64,000 nt of DNA from Camelus dromedarius (Eukaryota), in contig NC_087472.1 of the NCBI RefSeq assembly GCF_036321535.1, positions 100,628,001 to 100,692,000 of the forward strand. Direction: 5' to 3'. The position numbers and the translations under genes are program-made. The notes under the pieces are model-generated. The model worked only from the letters and a program-made list of their open reading frames with translations, was not told the DNA's origin and ran no database searches. Positions 14,475 to 27,679 of the stretch are shown piece after piece (position 1 is the first letter of the stretch; each line of letters opens with the position of its first letter).

Positions 14475-14554
14475 AAATAAAAATTTAGGTATATTCTGCT
14501 TATGAAAAACACATAAAGTGACAAAGACTGAAAATAAAATACCAGAAAGATATC

Positions 14555-14700
14555 AGACCTACTGTATAGCACAGGGAACTATGTTCAGTAGACTGTAATA
14601 ACCTATAATGAAAAAGAATATATATGTAACTGAATTCCTATGCTGTACATCAGAAACTAACACAACATTGTAAATCAACTATATTTCAATAAAAAAAAAG
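14555..14700 (+). mobile_element. Short L1 3'-UTR tail
   Basis: tactgtatagcacagggaac...gtaaatcaactatatttcaataaaaaaaa, the same tail as at 14260-14400. Confidence 0.85.
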
Positions 14701-14704
14701 AGCA

Positions 14705-14802
14705 GGGAGGGTATACCTCAAGTGGTAGAGTGCATGCTTAGTGTGCATGAGGTCCTGGGTTCAATCCCCAGTACCTCCTCTAAAAATAAATAAGCCTAAT
14801 TA
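14705..14802 (+). mobile_element. tRNA-Ala-derived camelid SINE (vic-1-like), short copy
   Basis: gggagggtatacctcaagtggtagag...gggttcaatccccagtacctcc, with Pol III A and B boxes. Confidence 0.88.
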
Positions 14803-15283
14803 GAAAAATGCCAACAAGGAGAAAGCAGAAATAGCAGAGGTATGGAGAGAATTAAGGCTCAAACACTGAACAGGATCAAGAAGGACACTGCGTATAATTA
14901 AAATATATAATTAAGAACACATGATATTTATAAACCTATGTGTATTAAAATAACATAGATGCCCAAATCATAAGGCAAAAAAACAAACTAGAGAAATGCA
15001 AATAGAATATAATAAAAACGCAGTGTTAGAGGGATGCTTCAATTCACCTCTTTCAGAACTATTCACAATAAGCAAAAAGTTAGTAGGAGCACAGATGAAG
15101 TGATTGATAGAACTAATGATGTGGGGATAACAAACAGAATGGCATTCCTCAAATGGAAAATATATATTTTGTTTGTATGTACATGAAATATTTACAGAAA
15201 TAGGTCAGATACATGGCTACAAAGAAAATCTTATTAAATCTTTAAGGATTAATGAAAGTGACATTTTAAAATATGAACTATTT

Positions 15284-15411
15284 GGGGGAGGGTATAGCTT
15301 AAGTGGTAGAGCACATGCTTATCATACACAAGGTCCCGGGTTCAATCCCTAGTACCTCCTCTAAAAATAAAATAAGTAAACTAATTATCTCCCCCCCACT
15401 AAAAACTAAAA
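15284..15411 (+). mobile_element. vic-1-like tRNA-Ala SINE
   Basis: tRNA-like head, A-rich tail, 17-bp TSD taaaatatgaa(c/g)tattt (15267-15283 / 15412-15428). Confidence 0.92.
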
Positions 15412-16132
15412 TAAAATATGAAGTATTTTAAATATGGAAAGTAAGAAACATTCTACAAGAAACCCTTACAGAGGAAATTAAAAGGGAAATTACTGCCTAG
15501 AAATTAATGAAGAAGAGGACATTTCATACTAAAACTTAGAGAATACAGCGGAAGCAGAGTTTAAAGGAAAATCTATAGCCTTAAATGTCATTATTAAAAA
15601 AAAAGTCTAAAAATGAAGGATCTATACCAATCTTAAGAAATCAGAAAAAGAATAGCAAAATAATAGAAACAACGGAAATCAGAAGAGAAACTCAGTACAG
15701 GTAAAGAGTGAAATAGTGAACAAATACCTCTCCCCCAAACTAGCTCAATGGAAAAATTAATGCAAAAGCTGGTACTTATAAAAGACAAACAATAGGGTCC
15801 TACAAGCCCTCTTGCAAGGCACATCAGGGGGAAAAGGAAGCAGCAGCAGTTCAGAAGAGGAGGAATAAGAAAGGTGACAAAACCACAGATTTAGTAGAAA
15901 TTTAAAGAATCACAAGAAACAGTAACAAGTAAATTTGAACAATGTAAAGGAAATGGATGATTTCTTTGCAAAATTGAAGCCACCAAAGTAAACCAACTTA
16001 ACAAGATCAATTACCACGGAAGAGTTTGGAAAGGAGAGCGGCCGTCCACCATGAAAAAGGCACCAGGAACACACAGGCCCACAGCTGAGTTTCATCTAAC
16101 CTTTCATGGACAAATGAGTTAGATGTTCTTTG

Positions 16133-16296
16133 TACCTGCTTCTCTCAAACTGAATGTGTACACAAGTGATGTTGGGCTCTTGTCAAAATGCAGATTGGGA
16201 TCCAATAGGTCTGGGGTGGGCCCGAGACTCTGCTTTTCTAACCAGCTCCCAAGTAAGGTTGCTGTTGGTTCATGGACCCCACTTTGAATAGCAAGG
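16133..16296. mobile_element. MER5A-like hAT-Charlie MITE
   Basis: aaaatgcagatt...aggtctggggtgggcccgagactctgc...ccactttgaatagcaagg. Confidence 0.8.
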
Positions 16297-16764
16297 GTTT
16301 AATTATTTTAGGCAGTAGGGAAAAGAAGACATAAAGTTTCCCAGTTCATTTTATGAAGCCAGCATAACAAATACCAAAGTCAAATGAAGTTAATTTTAAC
16401 AACAATAACAAATTCTCAACCTCAATTTCATTTATAAATATAGATGCAAATTCTAAATAACATACCACCAAATAGACTCCAGTATGAAATAAAAGAATTA
16501 GAAAGGGCTTCAATATGAAGAAACTTAGCAATATGACTCTTTATATCAATAAACAGAAAGAAAATATAAGCATATTGATACTAAAAGCAGGCATTTCTAA
16601 TAAAAACTTCAAGGAAAATAGGAATACACAGAAACCAAGGACATTTATAAAAAAAACCAACAAAATTTATTTTAAATGCCAAAACACTAAAAGTATTTAA
16701 TTATGATCAAGAAGGAGAGAGGGATGAACACTAACACCATTATTATTTAACTCTGTTTTTGGGT

Positions 16765-17092
16765 AGTAGTAGTTCTCAACCCTGGATGTCCATTAGAATT
16801 ATCTGGAAAGCTTTTCAAAAATACATACCAATTCAATCTCTGAGCATAGTGGCCTGGCACTAGAATTCCTTAAAAAGCTGGGGGAGGGTATAGCTCAAGT
16901 GGTTGAGCTCATGCTTAGCATGCAGGAGGTCCTGGGTTCAAACCCCAGTACCTTCTCTAAAAATAAATAAACCTAATTACCTCCCTCCCACCAAAAAACA
17001 AACAAACAAACAAAAACCAAATAAAAATTAAATGCTGGCTTAAAAAGCTTTCTGTTTGATGGTACTGTTCAACCTGGGGTGAGACCCACTGT
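16765..17092. mobile_element. MER5-like MITE interrupted by a SINE
   Basis: gtagttctcaaccctgg...gagacccactg termini flank the SINE. Confidence 0.7.
16880..17038 (+). mobile_element. vic-1-like tRNA-Ala SINE
   Basis: ggggagggtatagctcaagtgg...; TSD cttaaaaagct (16869-16879 / 17039-17049). Confidence 0.93.
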
Positions 17093-17152
17093 CTTAGAAG
17101 CATCAAATGCAACATGGAGACAAAATAAAACAGCTAATCATTGGGAAACAAG

Positions 17153-17344
17153 TAGGGTTGCCAGATAAAATACAGAACACCCAGTTAAATTTGAATTTCA
17201 AATAAACAATGAATAATGTTTGGGGTAAGTATTTACCATGCAATACATATTTCTGGATATACTTATCCTAAATAATTCTTGTTTATCTGAAAATCATATT
17301 TAACTGGGCATTCTGTATTTTTGTTTGCTATATCTGCTAACCTT
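17153..17344. mobile_element. MER53-like palindromic hAT MITE
   Basis: tagggttgccagataaaatacag...cagttaaatttgaatttc, with the inverted arm atttaactgggcattctgtatttt. Confidence 0.88.
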
Positions 17345-17732
17345 GAAAGATGTATAAATTAGCTGTTTATTGATACTGTAATTGTCTACCCTGAAAACTC
17401 AAGAGACACTAAGAAACTTATTTATTCAAAAATATTTGGTAAGGAGGCTGGATACCAGATACATTTCAATAATAGTTTTTTTTTTGTCTCTAGAAGTAAG
17501 TACCTAGAAATGCAAATAGGTATAAATTTTTCATTTATAATAGTGGCAAAAATGATACAATATTTAGGAATAAATTTAATATGAGAAACATAAGACCCAT
17601 AAAAGGAAACTTATAGCCTATTAAAAGAAAAGTTTATGAATAAATGGAAAGTTACAATTGTTCTAAGATAAGAATACCTAATATCATGTAAAATTTCCCA
17701 AATGTAATATACAAATTCAATTTCAATTAGAA

Positions 17733-18502
17733 TATTTTTTTTCTGTTTTTTTTTTTGTTGACGTATACTCAGTTTACAATGTGTCAATTTCTGGTATATA
17801 GCATAATGTTTCAGTAATACATATACATACACATATTCCTTTTCATATTCTTTTTCATTATAAGTTTCTACAAGATACTGAATATAGTTCCCTGTGCTAT
17901 ACAGTATAAACTTGTTTATCTATTTTATACATATTAGTTAGTATCTGCAAATCTCGAACTCCCAATTTATCCTGTCCAACACCCTCTCCCCTCCATAACT
18001 GTAAGTTTTTTTTCTATGTCTGTGAGTCTGTTTCTGTTTTGTAAATAAGTTCATTTGTCTTTTTTTTTAGATTCCACATATAAGTGATACCATATGATAT
18101 GTTTCTTTCTCTTTCTGGCTTACTTCACTTAGAAAGACAATCTCCAGGTCCATCCATGTTTCTGCAAATGGCATTATTTTATTCTTCTTTTATGGCTGAA
18201 TAGTATTCCATTGTATATATGTAACATATCTTCTTTATCCAGTCATCTGTAGATGGACATTTAGGTTGTTTCCATGTGTTGTTTATTGTAAATAGTGCTG
18301 CTATGAACATTGGGGTGCATGTATCTTTTTGACTTAGAGTTCCCTCCAAATATATTCCCAAGAGTGAGACTGCTGGATGAAATGGCAAGTCTATTTTTAG
18401 TTTTTTAAGGAATCTCCATACTGTTTTCCATAATGGCTGCATCACACTACATTCCCACCAAAAGTGTAGGAGGGTTCCCTTTTCTCCACACCCTATCCAG
18501 CA
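17733..18502 (-). mobile_element. 5'-truncated young LINE-1 3' end
   Basis: Poly-T on the + strand, L1 3' UTR and ORF2 C-terminus (ORF 18179-18562). TSD ttcaattagaa (17722-17732 / 18503-18513). Confidence 0.93.
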
Positions 18503-18965
18503 TTCAATTAGAACCTTAACCAGGCTTTTCTTAGAATTGTACAAAATTATCTTAAAGTTCATAGAAAGAAATAAGTGCCTGAAAATAGCTGAGAAAACTA
18601 TGAAAAGAACAGAGGAGTGGGACTTGCCTTACCAGATATCAGGGAATTCTAAAAAGCCACAAAAATTAAATCAATATAATATTAGTATAAAAAAGACAAG
18701 TTAATGGAAACATCTAGAAAATCTAGAATTAAATACCAGTATATTTGAGAAATTAGTATATGACAAGTGTAGTCATTCAACTCAGTGAGAAAAGCAAAGA
18801 CTATTCAATAAATGAGGCTGGAACAACAGGGTATCCATATGGAAGAATATACAAATAAACCACATATATAAACCTAAACTCCTGGATGTAAAGACTTACA
18901 TGCAAAAAGTTAAAGTCTTGCAAGAAAATCCAAGACAGTAAATGTGTCATCTAGAGGGACTGAGC

Positions 18966-19118
18966 GGCGAGGGTATAGCTCAACCGGTAGAATGCATGCT
19001 TAGCATTCACGAGGTCCTGAGTTCAATCCCCAGTACCTCCACTAAAAATAAATAAACCCAATTACTCCCTGCCCCACCAAAAATAATAAAACAACATATA
19101 AATAAAATATTTAAAAAA
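18966..19118 (+). mobile_element. vic-1-like tRNA-Ala SINE, followed directly by an L1 3' tail (~19120-19320)
   Basis: gagggtatagctcaacc...gttcaatccccagtacctcca plus an A-rich tail. Confidence 0.88.
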
Positions 19119-19575
19119 GAGGATAGGATTAACAGGTGCACATTTAACACATATAAAATAGATAAAAAACAAGGATTTAACTATATAGCACAGGAAACTG
19201 TAGTCTTAAAATAACCTATAATGGAAAAGAATGTGAAAAATATACATAAATGAATCACTCCTACAACACCTGAGACTAACACAATATTGTAAATCAACTA
19301 TACTTCAATTTAAAAAAAAATGAATTGTAGAGATATCAGAAAGGCCTTCTGCAAGTCCAGAGGTTATAAGGGCAACGATGGATATATTTACTATTTAAAA
19401 TACAAAACCATTCGTATGGCAAAAGTAACATGAACAAAGTCAATATACAATATACAATTTGTAATACAAATGACAAAGGGTTAATTTCTATAGTATACAA
19501 AAATATCTTACAAACTGATATAAGAAAAAGATAAATAGCCCAAAAGAAAAAATGAGTAAGACATGAATATACAAT

Positions 19576-19846
19576 TGCCAACTAAAAACTGTCATTTGCC
19601 ATCTGGTTCTACAAGAATGCAATCAGATATTTTTCATCTAGTTAGATATTTTCAGGAGAAATTTTTCTGAGCCTAATTTCTTGCATCTTCTCATATCTAG
19701 AAAAGCATTCAAATCATTAACAGAGACATCTGTTCCTCATGACCAGCAGCAACCATCTTGTGACTAGCAGCAAGTCTCTGCCAAATTGCATACTTGACTA
19801 TGTGTACCCCACTTCACCAAACTTTTATATATATATATATATACAC

Positions 19847-19879
<33 letters not shown>

Positions 19880-20025
19880 TACACACATACTGATCTCCCC
19901 CCTTATCTCTTTGGAGCAGCTCCTCAGAGCTGTCTGAGAGGCTGTCTCCAGGCTATAGTCCTCATTTTGCCCCAAGTAAGACTTAACTCATAACTCTCAT
20001 GTTGTGCATTTATTTTCAGTTGGCA
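19576..20025 (+). mobile_element. Solo LTR (ERV1-class)
   Basis: TG...CA ends with terminal inverted repeat tgccaact(a/g)aaa, a 4-bp TSD caat (19572-19575 / 20026-20029) and an internal (TA)/(CA) microsatellite. Confidence 0.85.
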
Positions 20026-20711
20026 CAATCCACAGAAGAGCAAGTTCAAACATACGAAAAGACACTCAAATTCTTTAGTAGTTAGGAAATATAAATTAAA
20101 ATACTTGTATCATTTTATACCCATCAGATTCATAAAACATAGAACTATAACACCTAATGCTAGTAGAGATGAGGGAAAGAGACTTTTCATACATTGCTGA
20201 TTGACATGGCATTCATGGCATTGCCAAAGATTTTTGGAAGACAACAGAGCAACAGCTTTTAATTTGAAAAAAACAATTACTATTCTAACCAGCAATTCAA
20301 CTTCTGGCAGTCTATCTCATTGGGATGGATTAGAACCCCTATGTAGAGACATACATTCAATATTTATTACAGCTTTGTCTTAGTGGTCAAGAGCTGGAAA
20401 CAAATTAAACACCTATTAAAAGCAGGATGGCTGAATAAAGGGTGGACCTTCATAGCACTGAATTATAATAGCCACTAAAAAGAATAAATTAATGAACAAA
20501 AATTTTCTATGGCATCACTGTCCCTAATAACCCCAAAGCCTATCAGTAGTGGAATGGATAAATAAATTCTGGTATACTCACACAATAGGACATTATACAG
20601 TAACCAGAATGAACAAATTACAACTACATACAACAACATTATGAAATGTCATAAGTCATAAAAAAGAGTATGTACTGAATGGTTCCATTTAAAAGCATAA
20701 AACAGGCTTAA

Positions 20712-22025
20712 TGCATGTAAATCAATGAAGTTAGATCACTCCCTCACATCATACATACAAAAAAAAACTCAAAATGGCTTAAAGACTTAAATATATGACA
20801 TGACACCATAAAAGTCCTAGAAGAGAACATAGGCAAAACATTCTGACATAAATTGTAACAATATTTCCTTTGATCTGTCTCCCAAGGCAAAAGAAATAGA
20901 GGTAAAAATAAACAAATGGAACCTAATCAAACTTATAAGCTTTTGCACAGCAAAGAAAACTATAAATAAAATGAAAAGACAACCTACAGAATGGGAGAAA
21001 ATATCTGCAAACAATGCAACCAACAGGGGCTTAATTTTCAAAGTATACAAACAGCTCATACAGCTCAATATCAAAAAAACAACCCCATCAAAAATCAGAA
21101 AACCTAAATAGATATCTCTTCAAGGAAGACATACAGATGGCCAAAAGGCACAGGAATTTTTAGAGAAATGCAAATCAAAACTACAGTGAGGTATCATCTC
21201 ATACCAGTCAGAATGGCCATCATCAAAAAGTCTACAAATAAATTCTGGAGAGAGTGTGAAGAAAAGGGAACCCTCTTACACTGTTGGTGGGAAAGTAAAC
21301 TGGTGCAGCCACTATGGAAAACATTATGGAGGTTCCTTAAAAAATTAAAAATAGAGTTGCCATATGATCCAGCAATCCCACTCCTGGGCATATATCCAGA
21401 AAAGAGGAAAACTGTAATTCTAAAAGATACATGCACCCCAGTGTTCAAAGCACTATTTACAATAGCCAAGACATGGAAGCAACCCAAGTGTCCATCAACA
21501 GATGATTGGATAAAGAAAATGAGATACACGCACACACTACATACACAATGGATTATTACTCAGCTATAAAAAAGAATGAAATAATGCCATTTGCAGCAAC
21601 ATGGATAGACCTAGAGATGATCATACTAAGTGAAGTAAATCAGAGAAAGACAAATATCATATATCACTTAGATGTGGAAGCTAAAAAAATGATACAAATG
21701 AACTTATTTATGAAACAGAAACAAACTCACAGACACAGAAAACAAACTTATGGTTACCAATGGGGAAAGGGGGTATGGAGGGATAAATTAGGAGTTTGAG
21801 ATTAACATATACACACTACTATATAAAACGAGTAGAACCTACTGTATAGCACAGGGAACATATTCAACATCTTGTAATAACCTATAAAGAAAAAGAATCT
21901 GAAAAAGCGTGTGTGTGTGTGTATAGTGTGTATAGATATATAAACCAAAATACTTTGCTGTACACCTGAAACTAACACAATATTGTAAATCAACTATACT
22001 CCAATAAAAAATAAAAATTTTTTTA
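20712..22025 (+). mobile_element. 5'-truncated LINE-1 3' end
   Basis: ORF2 C-terminus (ORF 21168-21569) and 3' UTR. TSD aaaacaggcttaa (20699-20711 / 22026-22038). Confidence 0.94.
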
Positions 22026-24210
22026 AAAACAGGCTTAAAAAAAATCTATGCTGTTACAAGTCAGGATGATGGTAACCCTTGGGTAAGGCTGGTGGGGGTG
22101 ATATATAGAAGGAGGCTGAGGGGGATTCTAGGAAACTGGTAATGTTCTGTTTCTTAATCTGGGTGCTGGTTATGTGGTATATTGATTGTGGAAATTCACC
22201 AAGCAGTACACTCATGACTTGTGCATTCAAAAAAAGAAAAAGAATTAGAGGCATTACAGTTTATAGGGATTTCAACAAAGTAATGCTGGTTGAGAAAAGC
22301 AGAATGCAGAGAATTATGTATACTAAAATCTTGTATTTATACAGCATACAACAACATCACCACCTTGATTATGTATTACTGGGTATGTAAATATATGCAT
22401 ATATGAGGACATACACAGTTCTGTATAGGTTTATTTAGTATAGATAAAAATATAGAAGGCCATATAGTAAGTTAACATGGCTTCCCTAGGTGAGGGAGAA
22501 GGGATGATCAGGGTCATACTTATGTTGGGGGAAGAAAGGTAAAAGGAAAAAAATGTTCCCCTGTTTTTTTAAAAAAATGTATAATACAATTCCATTTATG
22601 TAAAAAAAAAAAAAGACCTCAGTATTAAAGAAGAAAATTATTTAGAAATAAGTTCTACCAAAGTTTAAAAATTGAGACGCAGTAAATGACACATGTTGCA
22701 TAATTCAAGCACCATGGCATGTTATGAACACTGTCCAGGTAAACATATGAAGTCTCAAGCTTATTAACAGATAGCAGTGGATATAAAAATTCTATTTATC
22801 AGCTTCTAGCAATATGGACGACTCAGACAACCTGAAAAGTCTTCTATTTATCATCACCTAGAAGTACTGGGTAACATGTAACATAATTACACTTAAATGT
22901 ACAGCTAGGCTCACAATAATAAAAGCAAATCCCCAGGTGCCAGAAACAAAAGAGGGAAGTGAAAAAGGAGAGGGGTGAGTGCTTGAGCTAATGGGGGGTA
23001 TTTGTCTCCAGAACATAGGGGTTTGGTGTTAATTCCCACACAGGGGTAGCAAACTAAGCTTTGGAAGGTAGGGAATTGGAACTGAGAACTTTGTATAAAG
23101 CCAAAACCCGCAAAGGTCTATTCTATTTATGAAATGATTTAAAAACAAGAGAGACCACAGGACACAGGCTTTGGGTGAGAAAAATAGAAAAGCTCTCTGA
23201 GAATTCAAAACCACAAGACCACAATTCGCATTACTTTTACTCTACCCACATAGTTCAGAATTCCAGACTAAAAAGTAATGGAAGAATTATTCCTCAAACA
23301 GTAATACTCCTGAGACACAAAGCAGAAGCAAACAAAAAACTTCTCTGAAGAGATGCTCCCACATCCCAAATACCATGGGGTTTTCACAGAAAAAAATACA
23401 AGCCTTGCGAATAATAAGTTCACAATAAAAAATGGCAAAGCCATGAGTGAACAATCCAACTTGTTCAAGTCTTCACATACAACAAACATACAATCATACC
23501 CCCATGAAGTCCAAATACAGAGAGATAATCAGAAAGAGATTATAAAAAAAATACACATAAAATGACTGAAGACTAGAAAGGAAGCAATCAAATCCTAATA
23601 GAACTAAACCCTATATAAAAAAAAAGAACAGAACTGAAAAAAAAAAGAACAAAAACCTCATAATGTATCTTGCAATAAATCTTTTAAAAAGATTACAATA
23701 ATGATACTGAGAAATTCTTCATTAAAGATCATTAAAGACTAAAGTAATTGGAAAAAACACACCATGCTAATGCATAGGAGGATTAAATATAGGAAAGACG
23801 CCAATTCTTTCCAGATTAATCTATAAATTTAATGTAGTCCCTATCCAAATCCAACAAGGGGTTTCACAGAATCAACAAGCTGATCCTAAAATGTGTGCAA
23901 TGGACTAAAGAACCAGAGGGATTTTGAAGAAGAATAAAGGTGGGGGAGGTTAGGGACTCATAACACCAGATATCAGACCACTGTAAGCTATGGTATTTAA
24001 TACATGAGGTATTTGTGAGAGGGTGGACCGATGGAGCATAACAGAGAGCCTAGAAACAGAGTTTACTGTATGACAGAGGTGGCATTCCATATTAGTGGGA
24101 AATAATGAAGGAATAAGTGGTGCTTCCACATCATACCCCAAAATAATTTCCAGGGGATGAAAGAGCTAAATGCTCTTGAAAAGCCAAATTTTAAAAACTT
24201 TTGGAGAATA

Positions 24211-24844
24211 TAGTCGATTCTCATTATTTGTGGTACTTACATTCTATATAATCACTACAACCACTGAATTAGTGCATACGGAAGCATCGCTCCTCAGGGA
24301 AATACAGGGTTTGGGTCCTTGCGAGCCTATGGTCACAACATTTCCGTCAGCCAGTCAATAACATAACGTTGTTTTATGTGTATTTCTCTTTAAAGACACC
24401 TCATTTAATATATACCATTGATTCATTAACACTGAACCCACAGCTAGCAGCACTGTAACCCAGGCCTAAGCAAAGCTTATCTAATACACGTACTTTTTCT
24501 TCTTAAAGCACCTCACGGCCTTCGTGCACTTAGGAACACCTGAAAGCACTTAAGCACCACATTTGAGGCTATTCCGAACAGCAAGATCACCAACAGAAAG
24601 CACAAAAATGCAAAAAACATGGCACTAAATACACCTCAAGAAGATCACTTGTTTACAGTATGAGAGCTGATACAAGAAGAACGTTGCCCTGTCCCACCTC
24701 AGCTGGGAACGCGTGCAACTCAAGATATGCACTACTTTGCACATAATTAATAAGCACCATAAATACTCATCCTGGGTTACAAGTAAATTTTAGCGAGTAG
24801 GTGAGTTTGCTAATATGGAATCTGCAAATAATAAGGAGCAACTG
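24211..24844 (-). mobile_element. MER82-like Tigger (Tc1/mariner-pogo) non-autonomous DNA transposon
   Basis: TIRs (c>t)agtcgattctcattatttg / caaataataaggagcaactg flanked by TA. Inserted in an old L1M (~22800-25230). Confidence 0.82.
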
Positions 24845-25645
24845 TATCTTTATGATATTTCCAGAGTTAGAAAGGATACTTTTGTTCTTAGACAAGATGC
24901 AAAAAGTACAAATTATAAAGGAAAAAACTGACAAACTGGATAAATTGAAATTTAAAACTTCTGCTTGAAAATATATGTCAAAAGAAAGTGAAAAATCAAG
25001 TCACAAACTGAGATAACGTATCTGCTTCCCAAATAAAGAACAGAGTATTAGTACCAAGAAGGGTTTTAAATTCCTAGAAATCAGTAAGATAAATAGCTAT
25101 TAGGAAAATGAGCTAAGGATAACAACAAACATTTTCTTAGAAGAAAATAGACCCACAAACTAATGAAAAGATGCTCAATCTCATTTGTAATAAAGAATAT
25201 AAATTAAAAACAAGATATTTCACAACTCTCTCTCTATATATATATACACACATACTTAGTAAAATTGAAGTGTGGTTAAGCACAGTTCATGTGTCAGGCA
25301 TAAATTTTACAACATTAAATGACAATCTGTAGTAAAATCAAACTACATTTTTAAAATTCCCAACAAAGGATATAATTCATTTCATAGATTAGAAGCCCGA
25401 GGGAGAAAACGAGAGCTGCAGAATGATGCGGGAGGATAAATAACCAAATGATATTCAGGAAGCAACAAAAAGACACATCCAGTACTGCCAGAAATTGGAC
25501 ATTTCTTAAAACCACTATTCCGGGATTATCAGTGGATTTTCAGGTGAGATAAACAGGGCAGAAGCTCTGCGTGTCAGGCTGTACACATTCACAGCCCTCA
25601 TTTTTAAGATTCTGTTCTTCTGGAACCACTCTCAGTACCAAATTC

Positions 25646-26246
25646 TGTATCAGTTAGGGTTCAACTAGAGGCCAAACCAGTAGGAGATACATATGTGTGT
25701 GTGTACACACAAAAAAACAGTAGAAGTGGTTTATGCAAATGAGGGAGCTGGTTTTAAGCCGGCTCTGTAAGGCTGCCGACACCATACCTGATTCTGGAGC
25801 TCGGAGTCCACAGAGCAGGCAGTCAGGGAAGATCAGGAGCAGGCTCACACCCACAAGCACAAGCTGGCACCCCATGAGAAGAGACTAAAGCCTGAGTCCA
25901 TTCTTATCGGCTCTGGCCTTGGCGGTGAGGTCAAATCTGCAGACGCCAGGGTCCTCCATCATGGCGCTAAATACACACGCCTGGCCCGGGAATCACATCA
26001 TGGCACTAAACACACACACCTGGCCCAGGAAGCCAGGGGAACGTGGAGCAATTGCAGGCCTAGCTGCCGCTTCACACCAAGGTGAATCAGCAGTTCACCC
26101 ACACAGCGTGTGGGAGCTACACAATGGTTGCTGCTTCTCTTTGCCTTCCAAATCTCTCACGAATCTCCACTGTGGCCCACCTTAACCAGAAACATACAAG
26201 AAAGGGAATTCTGAGAAATGTAGTTCAGCCTAGCCAAACCGACACA
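25646..26246 (-). mobile_element. MLT2-type (ERVL) LTR
   Basis: Begins tgtatcagttagggttcaactagagg and ends gaaatgtagttcagcctagccaaaccgacaca. Confidence 0.72.
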
Positions 26247-27252
26247 TTCTTTAATGGTTATGTGTCTCTTCAGACCCTCCTTTCATTGTCAAATTAGCTT
26301 TAGTAAATTATATTTTTCCCTAGGAAAATTATGCATCACGAACAGAGAATGTAGTATCTTCGATACTGATTGCTTGCTATTTGAAATGTTTTATGGTCTA
26401 AAACATGATCAATTTTTATAAATGTTCCATATGTGCTTGAAAATAATGTGTACTCTCTAAAACTGATTGCAGAGTATTACATATAGATACATGATCAGGT
26501 GGATTAATTGGGTTGTCCAATCTTCTATACACGAATTTTTAATTTACATGATTACTGACAGAGGTATATTAAAAATCTCCCTGTATCAATTCTTCTAGTA
26601 GTTGTCAATTTCTGCATTATCAACTTTAAAGCTCTAAGTTAAGAGATGCATGTAAGTTTATAACTACTATATCTTCCTAGTGAATCATTCCTTTCAGCAT
26701 TCAGTAATGACCTTTCTATTCCTAATGATATTGTTCTTTGCCTTAAAGTCTAACCTGTCCAAAGTTAACATTGTTATGGTTTTAATTATGCTCTTTTTTC
26801 CTGCGGCAGGGGTTTCTTTTACTTACTTACCAGCTCAGCTATGCATTTTTAAAAAGCTGTTTGTTACGTTTGATCCATTATTTCTGGAGTGTGTAGCAGG
26901 CAAGGTTGCAGAATATCTAACCTGGCATCTTGATAGATCTTGAAGTTCTCAAGCTTAGGGAAAAAATGACACCTATACTCACCTTGAAACAGAAATCTCT
27001 TAATATGTTTGATATGCAGTCAGAATAGCAGAATAAATTGCACAATGGATGCATAACCAAGGCCCCATCTTACCAATGAAGGTAGCAGACCATATTAATT
27101 GTAGGGCTCAATCTGAATGTATCTACTTTCTATCTCCAACAGATAAGAAAAAAATATGCTTTTTGTAACAATACATTCCCACAGCTGGCCCCAGGATTCT
27201 GATATGGTGCCCATCTCTGAAGGTTGGTTCCCCCCCAATTGAGAATCACTGG

Positions 27253-27303
27253 TTTATTCTATCTCCAAGGAAGATTACAGCTTAAGGATGGAAATATTTT
27301 ATT
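27253..27303 (-). terminator. Candidate PPEF1 polyadenylation signals (AATAAA at 27303-27298 and 27258-27253)
   Basis: Two minus-strand AATAAA hexamers about 380 and 420 nt after the stop codon. Use is not proven. Confidence 0.6.
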
Positions 27304-27679
27304 CCATTAACAGTTTGGTATTCCTCCTCCCATCCCTCAGCCCCTCACAGATGTTGCACTTTCCTCTGGTGCTCTGTGGGTTCCTTTCAATATGTTTCCA
27401 AACTTCTAGGTGGCATCCAAGAGACCAATGCTACGGTAAACCTAGTTTCTATCTGAGTATGGGTCCCACCACTGGAGTCAAATCCTACCAGCTGATATTT
27501 AACCTAGTCTTACCCATAACAGCTTACTGGGGACTTTCAATACCCACACTATACATCTGCTTGTGTCATGCATTGGGATCTACTTTGTCTACTACTTACT
27601 ATGAATTTTAAGGGTCGTAGCAAAGATTATGTCAGTGATTTGGGCCTAATTGTTTACAAGGAGCAAGCCCTAATTCTTG

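Larger units (their letters stand above)
14803..20700 (+). mobile_element. Old, fragmented LINE-1 (L1M) ORF2/3' region hosting many younger insertions
   Basis: Collinear diverged ORF2-like segments lie between the nested elements, continuing from about 7000-7256 and 14489. Confidence 0.7.

Noticed and set aside
16880..16955. Apparent tRNA-Ala genes (also at 14705, 15284, 18966 and 41460)
   Set aside because: Each has a SINE tail, stem mismatches and no T-run terminator, and three have clear TSDs. They are SINE heads, not tRNA genes.
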